NCBI GenBank assembly: GCA_964638715.1
Contig: CAZWZF010000019.1
Location: 4,836-68,835, forward strand
Direction of reading: 5' to 3'
DNA length: 64,000 nt
From: an uncultured bacterium
GTDB taxonomy: Bacteria; Armatimonadota; Hebobacteria; CAIYQO01
A model generated the notes under the pieces. The model did no database searches, was not told the DNA's origin, and saw only the letters and a program-made list of their open reading frames with translations. The translations under genes and the position numbers were made by a program. Positions 18,450-28,806 of this stretch are shown one piece after another. How positions within the stretch are numbered: the stretch's first letter is position 1; every line of letters starts with the position of its first letter.

Positions 18450-21400
18450 TCACTCAAACGTTAAAACAGCTTCATCATTCAGATTGCCCATGGGGTCTAA
18501 CCAGCGGTTTAGGGTGTTTTTTGCTTCTTTATGGGACAGGTCGCGGCCGCTTAGCTGGTACTTTATTTCATTGGTTTTGCGGACGGCTACTGGCTGGCTG
18601 GATTGGTTCAGCCAGGTTATGAAGTTGTCGTCGAGGATTTCGGCAGTTAATTCTGCCTTGCCGCGGCTCCAATTAAGCAGCATCTGTGCTTTTTCGCGCA
18701 TTTCGTCATTGGCGCGTTTCGTTCTTTCACGCAGTTTCTCGGTCCATTCGCTGTTTTGCAGGTGAATTGCCGCGAGTGAAAGCGCGTCTTCTGCTGCCTG
18801 TTTTGCTTCTACCGTAGTTGGCATAGGCGAGGGGGTGTTGAATTGCGACCTGCAGCGCGGGCAGGTGAAGTCATGGAGCAGACCACCCGGGCAATATTTT
18901 TCGCGCGCCTGGGCAAGTATCGCCGGTGGAGCGTAAACATCTGCCGGCCAATCGGTATGAATTAAAGCCAGTCGGCGGGCAAGGCGAAAATCTGCGCTTT
19001 CGAAAATAGTTTTCAACTGCGCAACCTGCGCCTGGCCAAAGATAGATTCGTGCCAGACGCTGTATTCGCGCTGGATAATCGCTTCTATTTCATTTGTCAG
19101 GGTGACTAATTCATCGATTCTGCCTAACGATTTATCGCCATTTGCCATGATCATGCGCAATTCATTTATCTTGTTATCGGCATTGCCGCTGTATGTCAGG
19201 TGCAATATCTGGCCGATGCGTGATAATATTCCCTGTTTTTCTATCGCGTGTTTGATATTTTTAACGCCGATGATAAATTCTTTGTCTCCGGCAGCTTCCA
19301 ATACATCCAGCAGTGCTTCGGTATCAATATTCGTATCCATCATCTCTAAATTACTTATCAATTCAGATGATTCCCGCCAAATCCATGGGAGTGAATCATT
19401 GGTGCTGCACCATTCAGTTATAAAAAGGTCAAATCCGCCGCAATCAACTTTGCTTTTTTCAAGAAATCGGCGCAAGGCAAAAATCGATAATTCGCTTAAA
19501 CCAGCCGTTTCGCAGAGTTCTTTCAGTTTGATTCGGTGATCTACCCGTATTGTCGGCTGATTGCTGATGAATGTCAGGGTGTCTGAACGCGACAATGCTG
19601 TCAGCGGGTCGATTTGATGCATGAAAGAATCATAACCTGCCAGGGCGCCGGTGCGGACGGCGGTATGAATAATTAACGACGATAATTCGCCGGGAAGGCC
19701 AAATGGCGATTTGTGCATCATGGCAATCATCTCCTTCAATGTCACAGCATTTGTTGATGCTTTACTCATCATTTGAATAATTTCATCTGCCGGGACATTC
19801 AGCGTTAAACCGTCTTCATTTTCGATAACTGATTCTGACGGCAACAGGTATTGTCTGGTGTAGTGCATCAACGTTGATGATGTTGCTGATACTCCACCGG
19901 TGTCAATAACAAATTGGTGCAATTGACGTGCTATGGCACGCGGCGGGTCGCCGGCGGGTGCATATTTTACCGCTCCGGCAAACCGTTCCATTAATCCTTT
20001 GGAAAACTGTGCGGATAGCATCTCTGTAATCGCGTCATATTTTCCTGCCATATCAATCGAATCGTTTCCTATCAGCCATTTTCCATCACGGTATAGATTG
20101 GTTAAAATCGTTATTGCTGGCACGCGCATTTCGTTGGCGCGTTCCTGGCATCGCTTGTTAGTTTTATTTTCCAATGCGCTGCTGGCGGCAATCTTTTCAT
20201 TAGCGGCGATTTCCCACGCGGCATATTCTGCCAATAATTCATATTCATCCCAGGCAATATCGCGCGGGGTAATAATAGCGGCACAGTTTTGTAATTCCAT
20301 CGGCAGCGCGGTAAGTTCTTTAGTGAAATCACCCCTTAATCCGGGAAATACCATCGCCATTGCGCAATCATAGTTATCATCATGCAATATGCCATTGAAA
20401 ATATCCGATAATGACTGGTTCGGCTTGTTTGCCATAACGATAGCACAATTTCTGACTGTATTCATCCAATTAAATTGTACTGCTGTCGCATCAACACCAA
20501 AATTACCCAGCGGCCAATTTTCATATTTGCATGACGAAATTACGGTTTCATAAATCCGCCGGTCTCCCTTGAGAAAACTATTCATTACCTCATCAGCACG
20601 GGCAGCCGCCAAAATCCCGGCATCATCGTCGATATTAAGGCTGAATATCTCTTTTCCCGGGTCAGTATCACGTATGGCAGTTAAATGCGCGCCGCGTTTG
20701 CGGAGCCAGTGCAGGTTGTAAGATAGCAATTTTGTATCGTTTATCAATGAAGCTTTACCTAATTCTATTGTAATACCGGGCATCTCTGCCAGCGAAAATG
20801 CTGCCAGAGTTTTGATAGCTTTGCCGGCAATCGCCGGTTCCGGTGCGCGGGATGATAGATTCAACAGTAATTCTGTTGCTGAGTATGTTTTAACGGCAGA
20901 TGCACATCCGGTAAGGTCGTTCTGAACCGCGTCAAACAGTTGATCGATAGTTATTACATCTTCACATTCGCGATCCATCCATCCGGGTGCCAGGCTTTGC
21001 ATGACCTGCACCAGGGTTCGATGCGGCGAAAGATGATTATTCACCATCTGCATGAATGTTTCCAATGCATTTGGTATAAACGGCCAGGCATTGACTCTGT
21101 CAACTATTCCGTCTGTGGATATTGACTCCAGCATTTGGCGTAATTCCGGCTGGTTGCGCAGAATGAACATGCGGTTTCTGATTACATCAGTTATCTGTGA
21201 TGGCTGCAGGGTATATTTTTTGAATCTGTCTTCTACCTGCCGCCATGAATGGAACTTCATCATGCCGGTATCAGATAAATTGCGCTGAAGCGCGCCGATG
21301 AACCATAAATTAGTTCGTTCTGTCATGCCGGCTATAAATTGTATGAATCCTGCATCTGCCTCGCGCCGTGATGGTGATCGCGATGCAAGAAAGATGGATA

Positions 21401-21926
21401 ATTCATCGACTAACAATAGCAGTCCGCCATGACCTTTTTCTTTTACAGCATGCGATATTTCCAGCCAATCGTTAAGGCGGGATTTCCCGCTCACAGTTAC
21501 TCCTAACGAACGGGAAATCTCAAACAACACGGCTTCTTCCAGCGTCATTGCCGGCGGGTAATCATCCAATGAAAAAAATACCGGCAATATCCTTTTATCA
21601 ATCATTTTCTTGGTGAATCTTTCAAATAACGGGTTTATTTCCGTAAATCCCATCCATGCTGATTCATTTGATGCCAGAATATCCAATAATGCAAGCAAAT
21701 GAGACTTCCCTGTCCCATACAATCCATTTATCAAAATAGCTTTGCCATGCTGCCCCCATGCCATTGATGATAAAATCTCTTCCAACATCTTTCGATGGTC
21801 CGGCGCAGTCAATGCATACTGTTTCACCCACGAAGAACCATCGCCGCCGCTTTTAACTTGCGCAGCGTGGTCTGGCCGGATAACAGCCGGAAAATCCTGA
21901 AAAGTAATAAAATCGCCAATCCTCAT
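18450..21926 (-). CDS. Large P-loop ATPase, DUF6079 / BREX BrxC-like
   Basis: N-term MRIGDFI..F.AVI; Walker A GLYGTGKSHLL; Walker B LLLLVDELSIFL followed by DAGFIQFI; WPFIP; C-terminal C..TCPRC Zn-ribbon-like. Confidence 0.7.
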   Translation of the reverse strand: MRIGDFITFQDFPAVIRPDHAAQVKSGGDGSSWVKQYALTAPDHRKMLEEILSSMAWGQHGKAILINGLYGTGKSHLLALLDILASNESAWMGFTEINPLFERFTKKMIDKRILPVFFSLDDYPPAMTLEEAVLFEISRSLGVTVSGKSRLNDWLEISHAVKEKGHGGLLLLVDELSIFLASRSPSRREADAGFIQFIAGMTERTNLWFIGALQRNLSDTGMMKFHSWRQVEDRFKKYTLQPSQITDVIRNRMFILRNQPELRQMLESISTDGIVDRVNAWPFIPNALETFMQMVNNHLSPHRTLVQVMQSLAPGWMDRECEDVITIDQLFDAVQNDLTGCASAVKTYSATELLLNLSSRAPEPAIAGKAIKTLAAFSLAEMPGITIELGKASLINDTKLLSYNLHWLRKRGAHLTAIRDTDPGKEIFSLNIDDDAGILAAARADEVMNSFLKGDRRIYETVISSCKYENWPLGNFGVDATAVQFNWMNTVRNCAIVMANKPNQSLSDIFNGILHDDNYDCAMAMVFPGLRGDFTKELTALPMELQNCAAIITPRDIAWDEYELLAEYAAWEIAANEKIAASSALENKTNKRCQERANEMRVPAITILTNLYRDGKWLIGNDSIDMAGKYDAITEMLSAQFSKGLMERFAGAVKYAPAGDPPRAIARQLHQFVIDTGGVSATSSTLMHYTRQYLLPSESVIENEDGLTLNVPADEIIQMMSKASTNAVTLKEMIAMMHKSPFGLPGELSSLIIHTAVRTGALAGYDSFMHQIDPLTALSRSDTLTFISNQPTIRVDHRIKLKELCETAGLSELSIFALRRFLEKSKVDCGGFDLFITEWCSTNDSLPWIWRESSELISNLEMMDTNIDTEALLDVLEAAGDKEFIIGVKNIKHAIEKQGILSRIGQILHLTYSGNADNKINELRMIMANGDKSLGRIDELVTLTNEIEAIIQREYSVWHESIFGQAQVAQLKTIFESADFRLARRLALIHTDWPADVYAPPAILAQAREKYCPGGLLHDFTCPRCRSQFNTPSPMPTTVEAKQAAEDALSLAAIHLQNSEWTEKLRERTKRANDEMREKAQMLLNWSRGKAELTAEILDDNFITWLNQSSQPVAVRKTNEIKYQLSGRDLSHKEAKNTLNRWLDPMGNLNDEAVLTFE

Positions 21927-22026
21927 ACCTTATAGTGGTAATAAAATCAAGAAACGTTCCATTTTTTTAAGAAATTTTTAAAATATTTTTAAAAATTGTA
22001 ATAATCGCAATTATCGACAAAAAAAA

Positions 22027-22064
22027 GCACGTTGGATTATTTAATGCAAAATAATCCAACGTGC
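22027..22064 (-). terminator. Strong intrinsic terminator downstream of glycan locus
   Basis: 16-bp perfect stem GCACGTTGGATTATTT / AAATAATCCAACGTGC, A-tract on left, T-rich on right. Confidence 0.8.
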
Positions 22065-22081
22065 CTTTTATTTATTTTTAC

Positions 22082-22314
22082 AGGCTTTTGCAAAACCTAT
22101 TTTTTTGAATGTTTATGTTGGTGGTTTGTAGTAGCCGAAACCACCCCGACCTTCGGCCACCCCTCCTTGGCAAGGAGGGGAGTTTAAAACAAAGGTTTTG
22201 ATTATTAAAGCTGTCATTATATTATCAAGTAACTACCATAACTCCCCTCCTTGACAAGGAGGGGGTAGGGGGTGGTTGGGTTGATAATATGATTAATATA
22301 GTTTTGCAAAACCT
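22082..22314. mobile_element. Composite REPIN/MITE-like element: outer GTTTTGCAAAAC-type palindromes enclosing an inverted REP pair
   Basis: AGGCTTTTGCAAAACCT 22082-22098 and AGTTTTGCAAAACCT 22300-22314; REP copies 22139-22184 and 22240-22277 in opposite orientation. Confidence 0.6.
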
Positions 22315-22341
22315 ACTTAATTGTCAACTGTCAATTGTCAA

Positions 22342-25300
22342 CTATTCTACCGTAGCATTTCCCCATTGCGCGGGTTCCAGCCGCGCTTCATTTGGCACAT
22401 CCTGGGTAACGCCGGATGAGAAGCTGTGATTGCTCCAGTATACCCGGGTGGCGGTGGTGTTGCCGGTTTCGTTGCCGAAAATGTAACCGACATCCATGCG
22501 CTGGGTGGTGCCGGGCTTGGGGGTGAGTCCAAGTTTGTTCAATGGCAGATAAACCACAGCATTAAAACCGCCATCGACTTTTTCATATTCCATTTTAACG
22601 GTATCAAGAATTTCAATCTGGTCGATACTCTCTTTACCGGTAGGAGAGGTGAATACAGTCGGTGTGCCAGTGAATCCTGCGACTTTGGTACGATATATTA
22701 CTGCGAACGGTTTGTCGCCATGCCGGCTTACCAGTATGCGGATATCACCCGGTGCCGGTGTTGTGCGTTTTGTGTCGGCGTTCGGGTCGGTGGCTATTTG
22801 AATATCCATCATATTTCCGCCTTTGAAAGGCATATTAGCTTCCGGGGTAGAGTTAACTAATTGTGAAAGCGACTTTACTTCATAACGCACCTGCAAATCA
22901 GTCGCACTGTAAGCGGTTTTTACTGTAAAGCCGCGTTTCTCATCAACATTCAGGGTTACTCCGCGAATATCCAGCCAATCCGGTTTGTTATCAGTGCGTG
23001 CAAGTATCAGCGATTGTGATTTTGCTTTTTGTGATGACCAATCTGCCAATGCTTTTGCTGCGGCTTTGCTTTCTTCATCGGTAATAGTGAGTTTGCCGTC
23101 AAATCGTATCAGGCTGTTCAGTCCAGTAACTTCCAATATGCGTCCGTCCTGGTCGCCGCCCATGATGAACCAGCGGCCATCTTTAATTTTCACTAATTGC
23201 CCGGTGAACCATTCGCATTGTATCTGGTCTGCTCCTGTTTCGCCGGAGCGGCCATCTTTCATAACAGTACCGATGGGCACACCATCAGTCGTAAGTAATT
23301 GTGCTTGCCCGAAATAGCATGAGTAGCCGGTAATTCCGTCAGTAATCCCCATGTTTTTGGTGCATCCATAGAGGACGCCTGCTTTAGGTATTGGGAACTC
23401 ATACATATCGTGCCAACGGCAGCCAACGCGGTAACGCCATTGAATTTTGCCGTCTTTGCTCCAGTATGAAATCGGCCAAATTTCAGTTTTGTCGAGAAGT
23501 TTAATATCTGTACCTGCGTAAAATAATACTGAACCATCTGCAGGATTTACAGTGAAATCAGACGTGTAGTTTCCGCCGTGAATTTCACCATAGTTATATT
23601 GAACAAATGTTGCATCATCATATATGGGAACGCCGTCTTCCCGGATGGTTTTTGGCGATAACCGCTGCCAGTAAAGAACTGTATACATGCTGGTGGCGTA
23701 AAAATTCAGATCGGCATCTATAGTGCTGTGGGCACCTTGTGCTTTCATCTTTGTTTCCCGGGTTTCATCTTTCTGAATTACACCGTCGCCATTGATGTCT
23801 TCCCAGAATAGCCAGGGGATTTTAGCGAGTTCCTGCCAATCCTTTGCACCTTGACGCCATGATAAAGTTGACCATGGGTTGATAATACCGGCGCAAGCCT
23901 CGAAATGGTCGCCGCGGCGCACCCACAGGAATTCTCCGCGTATAGGGTTGCCGCCATAACTGCCGCCGGAATGCATATATTGTTTACCGTTTTTAGCGGT
24001 AAAGACGATATTGTTTACCATGTGCGGCCAGAAATACGGGGTATCCGGTTTTGCTTCAAACATGAGAGACGCTGGTTTTGAAGTTTTCTTGTCAAGGTCA
24101 ATTTCCCATTCTACATTCTGGCAATATACCCGGGTCGGGTCATTCGGATCCATAGTTATTGGAGTGGATACATAAGCCGGACCGAATTTATCATCTAACA
24201 ATTTCCCGGTGGCAGGATCCCAAATACTGATTCGTTTGGGTGAAAAATCATGTTCGGTAACCCATAACTTGCCTTTGCTGTCTATTGCCATGCCGCGCGG
24301 GTTCAGGAAGGTATCCGGGTCCCATTTGCCGGCGCGGGCAGGACTGACATTGCCGGTTGTTTGCGGCGGGTTATCCATCGCGCGTCCGCCGGTTTTTCCG
24401 ATAGAGCGCAGGTATTTCCCATCTTTATCATAGACACTGATATTTTGAAGTTTTCCGGTATTGCTTGCGTATACCATGCCGTCAGTTCCAACAGCAACGG
24501 CTTGCGGATTATCCAGATGGTCAGCAGCAAAAGGAACAACCGCAGGATTGTCATTCAGGCTGGTAATTTTCACCAATTTACCATCAGAAACAGCTATTAA
24601 ATCTGCGCCTGCCGCGGTGAGCCAGGTTATTTTAGGTGCGGTGAATTTTGATAAAATCTTGCCTTGCTTTGCATCGTATACGAATATGGTGTCTGATGCG
24701 CAGTCAGCCACATACAATTTTCCTTTTATCCATGCCATGCCGGTGCAGAATGTCGCCGGAGTCGCGGTAGGATTTGTCGGTGCTTTCTCTCCGCGTTTTA
24801 ACGGTGAAACTTCTTCGCCGTTATGTTCTGCCCATAGGTCTCCACGCAGGAAGTTTGTCTGTTTGCCGTCAGTGACGCCGTACGCTCGTATCTGTTTGTC
24901 AAGATTAAGATATGCATATACCAGTTCACCGTCAGTAGCGATATATGAACCGCCGACACGGTATCCCCACTGTTTTTCGCCTTTTGCATTAATTCCTATA
25001 AGTCCGGTGCCAGCTTCGGAACCATCCCAAATTAGCAGGCCGCGTTCTCCTGCAAAACATACATCAGACGGACAACCCCAGTCGCCGCCCCAGGCACCTT
25101 TGCCATCAGGAGTATTGTAAGTAGGAGTGCCGGAATTGCTTACGCCTAACACCAGTTTGGTTTTTATTGGGTCATGGGTAACGCCTTTCCAGGTATAATC
25201 GCCGGGAGGCAGCACGCGTCCAACATCATCCAACCCATCCCAGGATTCGATTACTTTTCCCATCGGTCGCGATTCTGCAGCGACAATATTGCGAACGCGG

Positions 25301-26244
25301 TCGCCTTTATCATTAATTAAGGTAATTGAGGTAATATTTTCTTTGGGAAGGTTAAAATTAAATTTCATGGGCAATTGCCTGACCGGGGGCAAACCTTGTT
25401 GGGTTAACTCTTTTGGCAAGTTTCCTTTTTCTGCAAAAATAACTTTACCCCATGAACCGGTGGATTGGTAGGTAAATCCGGCCTTTGACATCAAGTCAAC
25501 AGCCCATCCGCCACCGTAGGAATGTGCCCCGGTGGCGTCACTCCATTGAATCTGAATCGCTGCTGCGCTTAAATCACCGCCTTTGAATGGGCCTGGCGCA
25601 CCCAGCGTAGTCCAGGGAATGCGGTATTCAAATGTAAAACCCTTTCCATCTTTCCACTTTTTATAAACAGCTTTAAATTTGTTATTCGGCACTATTCCTT
25701 TATGATAATCGTGGGCGTCATGGTAATTCATGCCATATTTTAAATGCAGCACCGGTTTATTTTTTGGGGTGTAATTCCACAATGTCATGTGTACCAGCAT
25801 TTCACTCGGGTTGCGGTCGTATCCGCCAATTTTCAGCGGGTATCCCAGGCTGGGGTCAAGATTCAGACGCAACTGAAAAGCATCGCCATCCCAACCGAAA
25901 TCAGGGTTTACCGCCGGGTCAGCCAGGTTCAGCATTGGCGTGGGGTCTTTTATGCGACTGGAGATATATAATGCGTCTTTATCGTACATAAATGCGGTGC
26001 GGGCACTCTGGTATTCCATCGATGATTCTACAACATAGGTCAATATTTCTCCGCTCAAATCCCAATCCTTCAAGTCGCCATCAATCTTTATTTTTCCGGG
26101 AGTAGGGACAACAAATACCCGTTGATTATGGTAAACGCCTTGTGCAAAAGCTGGTGTTAACAAAAATACAATCATTATCAACATGATGAAAGTAATTAAT
26201 TGATTCCTGGTAAACAGAGATTTTGTAAATTGTGATAAACGCAT
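22342..26244 (-). CDS. Secreted 1300-aa protein: CBM9/DOMON-like - FlgD Ig-like - NHL beta-propeller - CBM9/DOMON-like (paralogue 1)
   Basis: Signal peptide; IKIDGDLKDW; WDGLDDVGRVLPPGDYTW; SGTP..TPDGKGAWGGDWG; NHL-like NPRGMAIDSKGKLWV; ends DVPNEARLEPAQWGNATVE. Confidence 0.8.
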   Translation of the reverse strand: MRLSQFTKSLFTRNQLITFIMLIMIVFLLTPAFAQGVYHNQRVFVVPTPGKIKIDGDLKDWDLSGEILTYVVESSMEYQSARTAFMYDKDALYISSRIKDPTPMLNLADPAVNPDFGWDGDAFQLRLNLDPSLGYPLKIGGYDRNPSEMLVHMTLWNYTPKNKPVLHLKYGMNYHDAHDYHKGIVPNNKFKAVYKKWKDGKGFTFEYRIPWTTLGAPGPFKGGDLSAAAIQIQWSDATGAHSYGGGWAVDLMSKAGFTYQSTGSWGKVIFAEKGNLPKELTQQGLPPVRQLPMKFNFNLPKENITSITLINDKGDRVRNIVAAESRPMGKVIESWDGLDDVGRVLPPGDYTWKGVTHDPIKTKLVLGVSNSGTPTYNTPDGKGAWGGDWGCPSDVCFAGERGLLIWDGSEAGTGLIGINAKGEKQWGYRVGGSYIATDGELVYAYLNLDKQIRAYGVTDGKQTNFLRGDLWAEHNGEEVSPLKRGEKAPTNPTATPATFCTGMAWIKGKLYVADCASDTIFVYDAKQGKILSKFTAPKITWLTAAGADLIAVSDGKLVKITSLNDNPAVVPFAADHLDNPQAVAVGTDGMVYASNTGKLQNISVYDKDGKYLRSIGKTGGRAMDNPPQTTGNVSPARAGKWDPDTFLNPRGMAIDSKGKLWVTEHDFSPKRISIWDPATGKLLDDKFGPAYVSTPITMDPNDPTRVYCQNVEWEIDLDKKTSKPASLMFEAKPDTPYFWPHMVNNIVFTAKNGKQYMHSGGSYGGNPIRGEFLWVRRGDHFEACAGIINPWSTLSWRQGAKDWQELAKIPWLFWEDINGDGVIQKDETRETKMKAQGAHSTIDADLNFYATSMYTVLYWQRLSPKTIREDGVPIYDDATFVQYNYGEIHGGNYTSDFTVNPADGSVLFYAGTDIKLLDKTEIWPISYWSKDGKIQWRYRVGCRWHDMYEFPIPKAGVLYGCTKNMGITDGITGYSCYFGQAQLLTTDGVPIGTVMKDGRSGETGADQIQCEWFTGQLVKIKDGRWFIMGGDQDGRILEVTGLNSLIRFDGKLTITDEESKAAAKALADWSSQKAKSQSLILARTDNKPDWLDIRGVTLNVDEKRGFTVKTAYSATDLQVRYEVKSLSQLVNSTPEANMPFKGGNMMDIQIATDPNADTKRTTPAPGDIRILVSRHGDKPFAVIYRTKVAGFTGTPTVFTSPTGKESIDQIEILDTVKMEYEKVDGGFNAVVYLPLNKLGLTPKPGTTQRMDVGYIFGNETGNTTATRVYWSNHSFSSGVTQDVPNEARLEPAQWGNATVE

Positions 26245-26265
26245 TTTGGGACTCCTTTAGATAAG

Positions 26266-26281
26266 TGTATACCGGATTACA
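26266..26281. promoter_or_regulatory. LacI-type operator A (TGTAwwCCGGwwTACA), copy 1
   Basis: TGTATACCGGATTACA, 22 bp upstream of 26244 start; recurs at 29870 and 57683. Confidence 0.8.
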
Positions 26282-26326
26282 AAATTAGACAATATATTTA
26301 AAATAAAGTTTTGTATGACTTTTTGT

Positions 26327-26432
26327 CAGGATTAACATGATTAACAGGATTTTGCTTCGCAAATATTTATCATGTCATGAGTTATCGCAATCACCAATTT
26401 AATTTTTAATTTTTAACTTTTAATTTTTAATT
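26327..26432. repeat. 9-bp (CAkGATTAA) and 7-bp (TTTTAAT) short tandem repeats
   Basis: caggattaa catgattaa caggatt at 26327-26351; aattttt-type heptamers at 26396-26432. Confidence 0.6.
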
Positions 26433-27444
26433 ATATCGCTATGGCTTCTTCTGCCATTGCCGCAATATTTTCTGGCGGTACATTAGGCAAGATGGCCTCG
26501 TGGCTTGGGCTGATTATTAATCCTGGACCCAGCAAACGTTTCAGTCGACGGACATCTTCTCGGATTTCATCTGGTGTACCATGAACCAGCAAATGCTGGG
26601 TATCTACACCACCAAGGAAAGTGATTCTGCCTTTGTAGTTTTTAGCAAGGTCTTCCGCGCTCATATTGGCAGCCAGTGCCTGCAGTGGGTGCAGGCAATC
26701 CACGCCGGATTCTATTAGCCTGTCGATTACCTTTGATATTGCCCCGCAGGAATGCAGGATAACCTGGTAACCGAATGAATGTCCCTGGGTGGTGAAACGA
26801 TGGAACCATGGCATAATGAACTCATCGAATTGGTCAGGTCCGCAAATCAGGTCGAGTTGAGTGCCGAAGTCATTGCCAAAGAAATAAGCATCTACCAGAT
26901 TGCCGGCAGCCTTGAAAAACTTATCATTTGCCTGGTAATAAAATTCGCAAACCTTATCTGTGGCAGCCTGGACAACTTCCGGGTTGGTATACATTTTAAT
27001 GAAATATTCTTCCATTCCAAACAGGTCTGCCATGTTGTGATAAAAACATGTCCAAAATCCGCTCATTCTGTAAACATCACCGGCATTCCTTAAATCATGC
27101 AGGCATGAATCAAAGTTAAGGTATTCTGCCTTTGGCCATGGAAATGCGTTGATTTCATCGATAGTTTCGCAATGGGCAAGGGGAGGTGCAGAATGTTTTG
27201 TTCTATCCAATCCTGAGTCAAACAGGGCAAGGCCTTTGGGGTCTTGATAGTTATCAGGATAAAACTGCGGGCAAATCCAGCGGCAGTCATCGCCTAATTT
27301 GACGCGCAATTCTTCTTCGGTTTTAGTGCCGAAATATTGATGTATGCCATCCCAGCTATCCGGGTGTGGATTCCCCATCCAAAACCCGCAGCGGTCGGCT
27401 GGTTCGCCGGCGATAATAGCCTTTATTCGTTCTCTTTTATTCAT
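26431..27444 (-). CDS. Uroporphyrinogen decarboxylase (URO-D/MtaA-CmuA) family protein
   Basis: MNKRERI, GNDFGTQ, HSCG, LHPLQ, FLGGVDTQ..L..GTPDEI, ISPSH..LPNVPPENI. Confidence 0.9.
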   Translation of the reverse strand: MNKRERIKAIIAGEPADRCGFWMGNPHPDSWDGIHQYFGTKTEEELRVKLGDDCRWICPQFYPDNYQDPKGLALFDSGLDRTKHSAPPLAHCETIDEINAFPWPKAEYLNFDSCLHDLRNAGDVYRMSGFWTCFYHNMADLFGMEEYFIKMYTNPEVVQAATDKVCEFYYQANDKFFKAAGNLVDAYFFGNDFGTQLDLICGPDQFDEFIMPWFHRFTTQGHSFGYQVILHSCGAISKVIDRLIESGVDCLHPLQALAANMSAEDLAKNYKGRITFLGGVDTQHLLVHGTPDEIREDVRRLKRLLGPGLIISPSHEAILPNVPPENIAAMAEEAIAI

Positions 27445-27475
27445 ATCAATTTCCCTTATATATATTTTTTATTTA

Positions 27476-27550
27476 ACCACAAAGAACGCAAAGATCACAA
27501 AGAAAATAAGTAAACTCCCCTCCTTGACAAGGAGGGGGCAGGGGGTGGTT
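27476..27550. repeat. 9-bp tandem repeat (AnCrCAAAG x3) followed by REP-like palindrome CCCCTCCTTGACAAGGAGGGG
   Basis: accacaaag aacgcaaag atcacaaag 27476-27502; REP 27513-27550. Confidence 0.8.
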
Positions 27551-27608
27551 TGGTTTAGATTATAATTCCCATCATAACCATTCAATCCTTTCTTTGTGAT
27601 TATATTAA

Positions 27609-28649
27609 TTATTTCAGGCTTGCCAGAATATCATCTATCTTTACAATAGCACCGCAAACTTTATCATCTGCCGCGCCGTAATACAATGTCAGGGTGCCAT
27701 CGCCATTGTCAACCAGTCCATTGTGGAATACTACATTAGACATCATTCCCGACATTTCGCAAGCCGTTTCCGCGAACAGGAATGGCTGCTGGCTACGGGC
27801 GATTACCTTCCATGGTTCATTAAGGTCAAGCAGTACCGCACCGGTGCAATAGCGAGTGTTTTCATCAGAAGCATGGTATAACTCCAGCCAACCTTTAGCA
27901 GTGCGGATAGGTGCGGCACCACATCCGACGCGCTCGCTGTCCCACATACCAGGACGCGGACCGATTACATGCTGATGATGTCCCCAATCCAGCAGGTTGT
28001 CTGACGACGCAAGCCACATCGACGGGGAACCTAATTGTTTCATTGATGGACGATGGAATGCGTAGTAGCGTCCGTTAATTTTCTCCGGGAATATTGCGAT
28101 ATCTTTATTATCTGGCGCAAATATTATCCCCAGGCGTTCAAAAGTTACAAAATCTTTTGTACGTGCCAGTGCAGTCAATACACCTAATAACGAAATTGCA
28201 CTGTAATTAATATAGTACCACCCATCAATCAGGGTGATGCGCGGATCTTCTATGCCGTAAGTTTCGTACCTATTATCCGGCGACATTGCGGGTTGTTCTG
28301 CAATAGTGAAGTTTTTCCCATCGGTACTTTCAGCCAGTCGCAGATGGCTGATGCTGGTAAGGTATAATAAACCTTTGTAACTGAATACCCGCGGGTCGTC
28401 CATACTTAAATCGGGGTCATCCAGTTTTATATACATCGGCTCTATATTTTTGGTATCCGGGTTCATGGTTGCTGTGGCGACATAGCCATCTTTTGGTATC
28501 GGACGTTCGGCAACACGGATAAGCAGCAGCGTTTTACCATTGTAACTGGTAGCGCCGGCGTTAAACGCGCACATTATTTCAAAGTCGGGCCGTGACGGCT
28601 TAACCATCTCAGCCGTGACGATAGGGTTGTTATCAAAACGAGTAATCAT
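27609..28649 (-). CDS. GH130 family beta-mannoside phosphorylase/hydrolase
   Basis: NNPIV..VKPS..FEIMCAFNAG, RVAERP, YLTSISHLRLA, YGIEDPRIT, DNKD..IFPEKI, YYGAAD. Confidence 0.92.
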   Translation of the reverse strand: MITRFDNNPIVTAEMVKPSRPDFEIMCAFNAGATSYNGKTLLLIRVAERPIPKDGYVATATMNPDTKNIEPMYIKLDDPDLSMDDPRVFSYKGLLYLTSISHLRLAESTDGKNFTIAEQPAMSPDNRYETYGIEDPRITLIDGWYYINYSAISLLGVLTALARTKDFVTFERLGIIFAPDNKDIAIFPEKINGRYYAFHRPSMKQLGSPSMWLASSDNLLDWGHHQHVIGPRPGMWDSERVGCGAAPIRTAKGWLELYHASDENTRYCTGAVLLDLNEPWKVIARSQQPFLFAETACEMSGMMSNVVFHNGLVDNGDGTLTLYYGAADDKVCGAIVKIDDILASLK

Positions 28650-28735
28650 AATGTAAATCTCCAATTTTTATCAATATACCAAATTAATTTACAATTTTCA
28701 AATATTTGTAATTAATTTGATCATATAAAATCATT

Positions 28736-28798
28736 GCGCAGAAAAGAAAATCTCTCTGCGCAACTCTGCGAATAACTCTGTGAAACTCTGCGGTTAAA
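28736..28798. repeat. Short degenerate repeat cluster (CTCTGyG x4 ending CGGTTAAA)
   Basis: ctctctgcg caactctgcg aataactctgtg aaactctgcggttaaa. Confidence 0.65.
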
Positions 28799-28806
28799 TA
28801 AATCAA

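Noticed and set aside
18450-21926. Complete BREX system
   Set aside because: No PglZ, PglX or other brx gene adjacent; reported only as an orphan ATPase
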